Position numbers and translations under genes: made by a program. Below the pieces are notes generated by a model. That model saw only the letters and a list, made by a program, of their open reading frames with translations. It searched no databases and was not told the origin of the DNA. Shown here piece by piece: positions 10,101-18,417 of a DNA stretch of 64,000 bases. Position 1 is the stretch's first letter, and each line of letters starts with the position of its first letter. Source of the stretch: Corallochytrium limacisporum Hawaii (lineage: Eukaryota; Protista; Pluriformea); contig PDIP01000142.1 in the NCBI GenBank assembly GCA_002811645.1, positions 1 through 64,000 of the forward strand. Direction: 5' to 3'.

Positions 10101-13100
10101 TCTTTCAGATCATTGAACCCATTCTCGAGAGTGTCCCACGTGGACCGGAAGGCTGGAATGCTCTGCAGCCGGGACGCTTCGCGGTTTGACGAGATCGCAG
10201 TCACGGCCTTGCCAAGGTTTCTCCCTGGTGTACGTGCGTAGTAAACATCAGCAGTGGATTCGGAGAGCTGTACGCTGTTCAGGTGCGCCCTCTTGAGCTC
10301 ATAGTTGCCGTCAGTGATACCCGACTGCTTCATGGCACGGATCTGACATTTGCGTGCGGTGCGTGATCCCATGCGGATGGGCATCATGGTCACCAACTTG
10401 GTAGGCAGAGGCCTGCCCTGTAATTGCCTGAAGCGGTGCCATGCTGCCCAGTTGAAGATACGGAACAGACCGTCCAGGTAGGTCTGGTTCACGGGCACAC
10501 CTTGGTGGGTCAGCAGCAGATGCACCTGTGGTTTGCCACTCCGCTCGGCGAGGATCGGTTGCACGTATTTGCCATAGATGCGAAGAACGCGCGTGACCTC
10601 CGGTGGAATGGGAATCTCAATGGCGTGGCCTGCCAGATGGTTCTTGTGTTCAATTGGTAGCTCCACAAAACTGACCATGTCGTGTTGTGCACGGTCCCAA
10701 TGGGCCAAATGTGCGAGGTGTTGGATGCCTGTTGCCTCTTTTGGTGGACTAGAACAGTCCACAGAATCATCTCCTACTTGCCTGTCCACGGAAGTCATGC
10801 GCAGTCGCAGAGCTGGCTCCTGCTCGTAGCCCTCGCGGAACTCTTGAGTGGGCATCTTCAGGTTGCACAACACATCCGGGCGCTGGTTTGGGCACAAATA
10901 AGCCAGTGCCATGGCAAGATATGCCACCTGTTGCACACGGAGATGACTACTCTTCTTGCGGACATAGTCATGGACCAGGGACTCTTGAACTGTGCCCTCG
11001 TGAGCCGAAACCAGACGGTTCAGTTCCCGAAATGGTTCCTGGACGAGTATGTTAAGCCCCATCATCAACTCACGTACTCCTGTCTCCGGCGGTACGTGAC
11101 CCGTATCCACATCGTGGCGACTGGTCTGCGCGGCGTTGTCCACGGTGATTTGCGGGTACAGATCTGGGTCCTCTCGGGTGAGGCCCGTCAGAAAGTCTAG
11201 CACACGCTGTGACCCATCGAGAACAAAGTGACTCCGGGCAGCGGTAGGCATCATTTCGTGGACATTGGCAGAACGCAGGCTCTCAACGACCGTTTTCATC
11301 CTCGTTATGGTATTTCTTCTGGCCCCCGGTCCCTTCACCCAGTACCACTTATCCAGAGGAAAGGGATCGTCAACCCCATTGCTACCGCCGCCGATGTTGA
11401 TGTCCTCAACAAAGTTCTTCCCCTTGTGCACCACTACTCGACGGAAAAACTCCACGTGCCAGGTTGGTTCCGCAACGAGGACCTCAATCAGTAGCAATGG
11501 ATCACAATTGAGGTCCTCGACCTTCCTGTGCAAATGACATTCGGGTATATCACTCTGCCTGTGCGCCTCGGAGGTGTAGTAGTCGTATTCACGGTCCTTC
11601 TCATCGTCGCCGCCGTCGCGAGTCGCCCGGGTCGCGATTTCCAAGAACAGGGCCCAAAATTGGCGGGCAATGCCCAGCAGGGAATTGAAGTACGAGTTTT
11701 GGTCAGTGGCCTCGGAAGTGACGTACTTGGACAGGGCAGTTTCAACCAAGGACTCTCCTCGATTCTTAATATTGCGCAGGAGCCAGTCCTCCATACGTTG
11801 CAGGTCCTTGGGAAAGGAACACGTGGACCGCTCGAAGGCTAAGAGAGCAGCTTTGGACCAGGTGCACCGCTTGCCGCCCACTGTAGCTTGGTTTGGTATC
11901 CTCCGAAAGGTTTTTCTCTGCGATTCGTTAAAGTACTTTTGCAAGCTCGGTGCGACCACCATGGCGTCCAGGAGCTCCACAATCGCATTGGCGGCCAGAC
12001 CGGGCTCCATGGTACCAATACCTTGGTAATGAGCCAGCATGGTCGTTCTGCGCTGCTTGGCCTCGCTGTGCGCATCGTAGAGAGACTGCCAAATGGATTG
12101 GTCAGGAAGAAGCTCCATGGCCGCCTGCAACACCGGTTTCGCCACTTTGATCACCTCGATCGCATCTCCGTTGAGTTCCACTTTCTCCTTCGGTTTCCGG
12201 TTGCGTTTGTGGTAGACCACCGGAATCGATGGGGGCGATGATACCGCTGTGGCCATCGTCCTTGTCTTTGTGCGTGTCCTGCTGGGTTTGCGGTTGGGAT
12301 GGTGATGAGTCCATGTGTTGATTTGCTGGACATCACCAGTGATGGGATGATACGTGGGGAATGGACGCTCGTAGGTGCCATTTCCGACAGGGAGACTCGA
12401 TCCTAAATTGCTGCTCTCGACTGCCACTCTTTTCCTGATCCGCACCTGCTCGTGGGTTTTCAACACAAGCAGGCGCTCATCGTCATCGTCGTACTCGTGA
12501 GCAGCAGCAGGCCAGGGCGCGGAGCTGAGCTGCTCAGGTTTGGGGTGATGCTTTAGTCCACCGCACCAGCCCGTGAAGGAATGAAAGGAAGCAACCAGAT
12601 CGCAGGTTAGTACCATCTTTAATTGTCCCGCGGTCATGGGAACCGGCAAATCCAATGACACACGGATTACAGTCGAGTTCAGCATCAATTCGTACTCATA
12701 TTGGGCCGCACAGGCATGCAACACAGCGTGTAAGTGGGGTTCCAAGTCCGAATGAGTTGGTCTGGGGACAAAGACCACATCCCAGAAGCGGGCGCGTAGT
12801 GATTGCTTGGGTGGTCGAGACTCTCGGTCGTTGTGGAGCGGATCCTCTGGTTTCATCGTCCCATGGCTGTGGCTCCGGTCGTCATCATCGTGATCCGGGG
12901 CAATGAAAATGGTGATGATGCCCGTTGTCCCCCATTGCTCCTGCTCCTGATCTGGAGGAGGACAAGGAGGAGGAGGAAACGGTGCGTTCCTGTCGTCTAA
13001 CTTTAGGATGCGCAGAGGGCAGGTATGGCTTATGAGGTCGTCCCGGGATGCAAAGCCCTGGGATCCGCATTGAATGCATCTGAATGAGTGTATGGTAGTC

Positions 13101-13129
13101 TCACGAACCAACGACATCGCAGATGACAT
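7103..13129 (-). CDS. 2008-aa protein with an N-terminal C2HC zinc finger and two tandem tyrosine recombinase (phage integrase-like) catalytic domains
   Basis: YR2 motifs: FPR1580QGVL, HK1618T, PLFP, SH1771KVR1774H, MGH1806TVDVMLDRY1815. YR1 motifs: NQR750PDVLCNL, HK829N..GHAIEIPIP, SR923TAR926K, QL955SESTADVYY964. N-terminus CIQC-x13-HTC; an acidic/EK-repeat linker separates the domains; basic C-terminus (RRRRRTRTK, RKRK). Confidence 0.85.
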   Translation of the reverse strand: MSSAMSLVRETTIHSFRCIQCGSQGFASRDDLISHTCPLRILKLDDRNAPFPPPPCPPPDQEQEQWGTTGIITIFIAPDHDDDDRSHSHGTMKPEDPLHNDRESRPPKQSLRARFWDVVFVPRPTHSDLEPHLHAVLHACAAQYEYELMLNSTVIRVSLDLPVPMTAGQLKMVLTCDLVASFHSFTGWCGGLKHHPKPEQLSSAPWPAAAHEYDDDDERLLVLKTHEQVRIRKRVAVESSNLGSSLPVGNGTYERPFPTYHPITGDVQQINTWTHHHPNRKPSRTRTKTRTMATAVSSPPSIPVVYHKRNRKPKEKVELNGDAIEVIKVAKPVLQAAMELLPDQSIWQSLYDAHSEAKQRRTTMLAHYQGIGTMEPGLAANAIVELLDAMVVAPSLQKYFNESQRKTFRRIPNQATVGGKRCTWSKAALLAFERSTCSFPKDLQRMEDWLLRNIKNRGESLVETALSKYVTSEATDQNSYFNSLLGIARQFWALFLEIATRATRDGGDDEKDREYDYYTSEAHRQSDIPECHLHRKVEDLNCDPLLLIEVLVAEPTWHVEFFRRVVVHKGKNFVEDINIGGGSNGVDDPFPLDKWYWVKGPGARRNTITRMKTVVESLRSANVHEMMPTAARSHFVLDGSQRVLDFLTGLTREDPDLYPQITVDNAAQTSRHDVDTGHVPPETGVRELMMGLNILVQEPFRELNRLVSAHEGTVQESLVHDYVRKKSSHLRVQQVAYLAMALAYLCPNQRPDVLCNLKMPTQEFREGYEQEPALRLRMTSVDRQVGDDSVDCSSPPKEATGIQHLAHLAHWDRAQHDMVSFVELPIEHKNHLAGHAIEIPIPPEVTRVLRIYGKYVQPILAERSGKPQVHLLLTHQGVPVNQTYLDGLFRIFNWAAWHRFRQLQGRPLPTKLVTMMPIRMGSRTARKCQIRAMKQSGITDGNYELKRAHLNSVQLSESTADVYYARTPGRNLGKAVTAISSNREASRLQSIPAFRSTWDTLENGFNDLKESDKYNKCGATPTELASTATIPAVIPPINPTTDLIVYYKLQEEEKEGGDDEREEKEKEKEKEKVKEKVKEKVKVKEECVEHHNSAPKREQPEPGAIADRGLKGQLLGDGSTTGDNGHDETEEDSVWDETVDDDDADDCDRSHNLYEDDHDEDTEDVCALLALSRIVVPIALLHRLPNTNLDLIVDETSLGRGDFVSNDDARHPHPKNATTKTAMDWMSFVRRHGETLWHILGPVVATALQRCHWYLSWRQTHCGDQQQWKVLLAIAASQPRKTTMHHLSAVREYLCHCHRAHGWMVSVSKQGVFTDPTKLLQPFYDHRMVVSWIQLLSERSLVEAFVAFQNAHQDEHISFCRHFHAIGVAYARGDPKLRARYNTPRTLELKMRKVLNISSSLRSVVLKMAKGKKQPFSGSARARFDNTGAGVQQLRLVAEKMTGASVLATWQKSISDLKIAIRKLDTHQKKMDKYCSSHDRALATGKISRDGLKGLDDYLNQSCQEVLIPIFQQVRSGGNFAATSPWWSPKEDGGGHDDNDGTALTAKKKESTTPSRRLGDFVYTIQTHLILQVMGCGFPRQGVLRAANVRSFCPATADKGTSDPASHRGHILWPLRHKTSRWHYAYIDRTCLDRYTCRMLEWYVDYILPVALPDSVFPPDMALYPIPTSRKGPDGEPTAAMPRPSDAAALTVPELQQRMHARCAYLARTTKEMTSLKQRMPLFPLKCTRCPTQADPAGAREECASCKQAVGDAFKSALDTLSGGQCKMTSHKVRHLAVTYTLSLIDTTGSGGKKLFLEQLATAMGHTVDVMLDRYLLEDPRRQSHLASFALEVCFADVFTHMRSALCCPVVHSMQPYSDDAKRKQNTAEGDFKPEPPVAAAATRWTSMPLGPYTGSHKLPKPLSPYVRTATETCRLKRSPLVEVTRTAQLVPGDQVCHDGGDDDDDGSDDFLQPRDVKSHSSQNRRRRRTRTKYGSGPKNRERENSEKPKDDERKRKLPKSTNSIRKL

Positions 13130-13660
13130 GACAAGATCATGGAATCTATTGGGATTGTCTGGAATATGAAGTTATTGACCGGTTAATGCATCAAGGTGGG
13201 AATTGAGTACCTGTTGCACTACGGGATAAGAAATAAACGTGGCGGTCCATGGCAAGCCGTGATCGTTGGTTCTGAGATCCGACAAGCCTCACCCTCTGAG
13301 AGGGAAAGGAGGGTGAAGGTACGGAAGAGCTTGAATGGCCCCCCCCCCCCCCCTCCTTCTCTTCCCCTCCCCTATCAGCCCGATCCCAATAGGAGGGCTC
13401 CTCCTCTCCCTCACCTCCCCCGCTTTCCAATTATTTTTCCCATTTCTGGACAAGTGTGAGACCTCGAGCATTTGAGACCCTGGTCAAGATCTTCGCGCCC
13501 TCACCAGCACCGTAGTGAAATGCCAGGATCAGTTGACCTATGATACCCGCCTCACGAACACGGAAAAAAAAAAGGAAAAAGAAAGGAAAAAACTCTTTAC
13601 ACTTGTTCCCTCTCACCTTGGCAGAGAAATCGATTCGGCTTGGCATTTTCGAACAATATC

Positions 13661-13811
13661 TGGGCTAATCTGGACCGATCGGACTCGGACATGCACCAAC
13701 ATGGAGCTGGCATGATATACAAAATGAAATTAGGACTGAACAGGATACATAAAGGTAAAAGTGCAAAAAAAAGAGCAAAAAAAATAAACGGGGACCGCCG
13801 GGATTCGAACC
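13661..13811 (-). repeat. att-like direct repeat copy 2, overlapping the 3' 22 nt of the intact tRNA-Pro and its downstream flank
   Basis: Direct repeat of 6881-7029. Confidence 0.95.
13765..13788 (-). terminator. Pol III oligo-T terminator region downstream of tRNA-Pro
   Basis: The minus strand reads TTTATTTTTTTTGCTCTTTTTTTT just after the tRNA 3' end. A near copy lies at about 6986-7006. Confidence 0.75.
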
Positions 13812-13861
13812 CGGGACCTCTCGCACCCTAAGCGAGAATCATACCCCTAGACCACGGTCCC
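13790..13861 (-). tRNA. tRNA-Pro, anticodon AGG, 72 nt, no intron, no encoded CCA
   Basis: GGGACCGTGGTCTAGGGGTATGATTCTCGCTTAGGGTGCGAGAGGTCCCGGGTTCGAATCCCGGCGGTCCCC. Acceptor stem GGGACCG/CGGTCCC, anticodon stem CTCGC/GCGAG with loop TT-AGG-GT, T-arm CCGGG-TTCGAAT-CCCGG; eukaryotic A and B boxes present. Confidence 0.97.
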
Positions 13862-16800
13862 TTCAACACGCTGCTAGGCGAAAGTGAGGGGAGAAAAAAT
13901 AATATATTAATTGCTGAGCGACTGGCCAGTTACGGACGGGGGCCCAACCGACCGGTGGTGGCAGAGTCTGTTAAAGTTTGACCATGCCATCGTCATTAGC
14001 GTGGGCCCCTTTTGTTTCGAACTTTTTGCGTGTTGATTTGCCATGCGTCCAAAGAGCACGATGACCCCGCATCACAACAAGCCAATGCCAGACAGCGCGC
14101 AAGGTTTGACAGGGAGTCCCCTCCCCCGTGCGCGGTGGGGTTTGCGGCGGGCAATCTGTCTGCGGCGCAGTGGATCTTTTTTTTTTTTTCCGGGTTTTGC
14201 GGCAGGTGCCAACTCCCGTGAGCCTTTTACTTTCTTGGTCACCGAACCAAAACATGTCCAAAGATGTCTTTCTGGTTTAGAGACAAGTCTCAGACGGGAG
14301 TTGGGGGAGAGAGGTGGGAGATCGAGTGCATCAGGTGCGCTGTGCGCAGCAAGTTGCTTCGACGGTGGCTTTGTTTTGGGATTTCGTTGAATCCTCAGGG
14401 TGATTGTCCGTTCTGATAGGACTGGTAAGCGTCCCCCAGAGGGAACTCAGTGATAGGATCCTGCAAGGTGCTCCCGGATGGGTGTGCGACATCCAGATGT
14501 CACACATCAGCATCCGCTCCCTGTGTCATGGGGCAGGAAAGGCGGGTCCCAATCTCAGGAGATTTTCCACAGTGCCTCTCTCTTTCTCTCCTTAGCCTCG
14601 ACTCTACGTGTAACATAGGGTGCTGATCATGCATCGTAGGTGCCAACATTGGGGTGGGCGTCACGTAATCCGTCGGACTTTTAACGATCTGGGACCTCCC
14701 AGACTGCCCAAGGCCAAGCCAGCAAACCGCCCCCCCCNNNNNNNNNNNNNNNNNNNNNNNNNNNNNNNNNNNNNNNNNNNNNNNNNNNNNNNNNNNNNNN
14801 NNNNNNNNNNNNNNNNNNNNNNNNNNNNNNNNNNNNNNNNNNNNNNNNNNNNNNNNNNNNNNNNNNNNNNNNNNNNNNNNNNNNNNCCCCCCCCGCGGGC
14901 TCCCCGGGGGGAAGGGTTTGCGGGTCCCCCAAGCAAAAAGCGGGAGAGGAAACAGACGGCCGGCAGTGGTGACGGAATGACGCTCGTCACATCTGTGAAA
15001 TCTCCTCTTAGGGTAAGGCAAACGTTGCTCCAAAGCCAGGCGCGAAAAACCGAAAAATGTATCAGCGGCTTCCACACAAGCACAGCATACACGGAAGCGC
15101 CGCTGTCCACACGGACTACTACGGTACGAGCCAAAAAAAAAAATGTCTTGTCTTTTTGCATCCTTCCAATTTGTTCGTCTTCCGTATTGGATGTACCGTT
15201 TGGGTTGAAATCGCGACTACGCAATTCGTTATACGCTCCGATGAGATCATGGAAGAGGAGGGTGGGGGGGGAAGGAGAGATTCAGTATTACGAAGCGCAT
15301 TTTTTATGTGGTGTCCGCAAAAGCACAACTCCCCGTACGGTACAAAACTCATGGAAAGCAAAGTTTGGACCACCCTAACCACCTCCTCCCAGACGAGGGG
15401 TTGCTGTTCTCTCTCTCCCCTTCTTCAGTAACTAGTTTTTCTCCTTTCAAACCCTTTTTGCAACTTTTAACTGGCGGAGGTGGGGGTGATGTAGACCAAG
15501 ACCACAGCGCCCGCCGGGACAGGGGCAGGCAAGGAAGGCCCCCTTTGGGAGAGTTGGAGGAAGGGGAGAGAAAGACAACCACTGAGACCGCCAAAGAAGG
15601 GGGGGGGGGAGAGGTGTTCTCCGGGTCTAGCAGGTACGCCGGCCAATGGCTTGATATGGGCAATGCGTGCGCGGTCTGTTGGAGGGAGGGGCAAAAGAGC
15701 GCTGGGTGGGGCGTGTCTGAACCAGCACCAGTCACTCACTGAAACTCATCTTCGGGAGAGGATGTCTGTGTTTGGGATTGTGGGAGGAGTGTGTACTTCT
15801 CGCGAGAGACAGACTCCTCCATCGATGCTACTGTGTCTGATGGTTGCCATTTTTGCGTTGAACTATCTGTAGGAGTTCTGTTCCATTTCTGCCAGTGTCT
15901 TCGTCTCAGTCGACCGGGTCCCGCTCTTCTGACACTACGCTCCATGTTCCACAGTCTGTTTGTACGTCTAACAAGCTCGCCAGCACATGGCGTACAGTAA
16001 TGACACGCTTGTCGGGTTCTCTCAAGTGCAGAGAGATGTTAAACACACACTGAACATGGCAGATCAACATCAGCTCTTTCCTGTACGGCCTCATTAGGCC
16101 CTGACTCGGATGCACGGTCGAGCAAATGATCAATGCGACTGCTTCACAATCCCACAGCAAGACTGACACATTTTTAATTCGTTCGTGTACATTCATACAG
16201 AGCAAACCATTGTCAATGTAGCGCATCAAGGTCATCTCTCGGGCATCGCATTGCTTTGGGTACTGATCATGGCAATTTGCTCAATGCAGGTGTACCGTCA
16301 CTATTTTGCCGTGGGATGCAGTGTTCACGGTCAGTTTCCCTTGGATGGCAGTGCGCACCGACTCTTCCATTTTTACTCTATTTAGTCGTGTGCCTTGTAT
16401 TGCTGTTGTGCTCAGGAACGCGTTCCTTCTGAGGGAGCGCTCCATTTGGAATGCTTCGTTTGCGCAGCGATTGATTCATAGTGAAAGTATTCGGTGTTTA
16501 GGAAGATGGACAAAGTGAACTGCAGAGTGCGTTGCCTTGCTTGGTTGCATCATGCTTCGAAAAAAATGATGGTGCTTTGGGGGGGGGGGTTGAGGGGGGA
16601 GGGAAACGGAGTGGGTAATTTTTCTCTTGATTTTTTTTTTGCTGTGCGAATCCACTTTGTGGCCAGTTGGAAATTTTCCGACACTTGTCCAGAAAAGGGA
16701 CAAAGAGTAGCCATTGAGGCACCGAACATCGCTGCGTCTGTACATACCTGTGGCTTCCTCCTTCCCGATCGCCCGGAGGGGGGGGGGCGGGTTCATTTAC

Positions 16801-18042
16801 CTCCGTGCAGTCATTCTACAGGACGTGTAGGTTTAGGTGCATGTGAATTGATGAATGCTTGTCCACAACGAAAGATCATCAGATGAACGACGACGCGGTC
16901 GTGGATGGCTTCAGTACCACGCGCTTTCTCCGACCCACGGGGAGCAAAACCAAGAGCCACTGCCACAAGGCGGTCTTCCGCCCTTCCTAGTAGATTGTCT
17001 GAGTTTGCAAGTGAAAGATGATACAGATATGCAGTCTCCACGAAGGTACCATGGTTCAGTGATGGCAGTCGATGCTCTTTGCTTCGGATGGTATTGCTGT
17101 TGTTCGTTTGTTGTTGTGGTTGTTGTTGTTGCTGCTGCTGCTGCAGCACTATACACATCCTTCGTATGGCGCTGGACAGAACCATTCGTGATCGTTATCA
17201 CTCCTCATGACAACATCCATCTTTCGCTTTCAAAGCAGGGACTAATTTCATCTTCTTACCATTGAAAACAACTGACGAAGCATGTACAGTAGCAGGAGAT
17301 GCAGAACAAAGAGTGATGAAAGAACAGCAGTTTGACGCACGGGTTCTCTTGAGGATGCCGGAAACAGAGCTAGGCGATAGCGGCACACCAAGCAGCAGGA
17401 AACCATTATGCACGGAAGTTGGGGGGGGGGGAAAGGACGGCGGGTTTATTATGATTCCCCGGCAAAGATTTTGATGAGCACACTGGCCCAATGGCCCCGA
17501 GGAAGAAGGGCCCCCGGGGGGGGGGGAAGGGTACCCTAGTCGCTGGCTTAGGGGTGCCGATACAAACTAATATCACCGCTCTGGATAACACTAGTACGAC
17601 AGTTCTCTCACAAAAACCGATTATGGCATGAGAAGTCATGATAGTGCACAGCAAAGTAGCCATTTCCGCCAGCACACTCGTCTGTACCTACGTGAGTGAG
17701 TGTGTGTGTGTGTGCGTATGTTTGTAGTAGGAGGGGGTTTCCTGCATGTCCCCTTTCTCAATGGTTCGCGACTGGGGAAGGGGTGCATCGTATTGAGTTT
17801 TTCTGCAACAAGGAATGCTCCATCAGATTCCCAAAAGTGGTCCGTGAGTGATCATCGCAGTTGAGAGAATGTGTGGCTCCCTCTTTTCCACACAGAGCCT
17901 GCCTCAAGCCATTGAGTCCGCAAGCCAGCGCCCGTCGAGGTATTTCAAGGGAGAGCCCCTTGGATATAGATGTTGTCATCGCAGGATCTCTACTACGCTA
18001 ACAAGTTCCCAACAGCAGCAAATACACATTGCACTATTAAAA

Positions 18043-18417
18043 ATGAAGTTCTTCTCTGCTATCCTCATTGCTGCTCTGGCCGCTGTCGCCAGTGCTGGTC
18101 AGCACTGTGGCGGTGAATTGGCCAAGTGCAATAAGCCCGGCTACGACCCGTGCTGCCCTGGTCTCCACTGCATTGAGCACCGCTGCATCGGCATCATTCC
18201 TTCCGGTTCCTATGATGATGACGAGGTGACTGGTGCTGAGGCGGGCGCAAGCGCTGGTAGCGCTGGCACCTCCACTGCCACAATCGCCCTGATCGCCACT
18301 GGCTCTGCCGTTGCAGTTGTCGCTGCTGCCGGTGTCACCACCTACGTGGTCAAGAAGCGCCGGGCTGCCGCTACCCTTGAGGTCGACAGCACCTCTGTTG
18401 CTCTGCCAGAGGCCTAA
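18043..18417 (+). CDS. Small single-pass membrane protein: signal peptide, inhibitor-cystine-knot (knottin)-like domain, linker, TM helix, short tail (124 aa)
   Basis: Signal peptide MKFFSAILIAALAAVASA; Cys spacing C-x6-C-x7-CC-x4-C-x4-C; hydrophobic IALIATGSAVAVVAAAGVTTYVV followed by KKRR. Codon usage is C/T-ending-biased like RPL19, and an A-rich context precedes the ATG at 18043. Confidence 0.8.
   Translation: MKFFSAILIAALAAVASAGQHCGGELAKCNKPGYDPCCPGLHCIEHRCIGIIPSGSYDDDEVTGAEAGASAGSAGTSTATIALIATGSAVAVVAAAGVTTYVVKKRRAAATLEVDSTSVALPEA

Larger units (their letters stand above)
6881..13811 (-). mobile_element. Putative tRNA-Pro-targeting integrative element encoding a double tyrosine-recombinase protein
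   Basis: Direct repeats 6881-7029 and 13661-13811 include the tRNA 3' end and enclose one intronless 6-kb ORF with tyrosine-recombinase motifs. Repeat offset is 6780-6782 bp. Confidence 0.85.

Noticed and set aside
7103-13129. Classification as DIRS/Ngaro, Polinton/PLV, Crypton or Starship, or as bacterial contamination
   Set aside because: No RT/RNase H, capsid, polB or ATPase motifs and no cargo genes were seen. The long tRNA-containing repeats and double YR do not fit those definitions as I know them. The target tRNA is eukaryotic (AGG anticodon, no CCA, oligo-T terminator) and the flanks are eukaryotic genes.
15906-16235. ORF sharing HPS(Q/K)G with the ORF at 3225-3518, suggesting a decayed gene family
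   Set aside because: Similarity is limited to 4-5 residues and no nucleotide alignment is visible.
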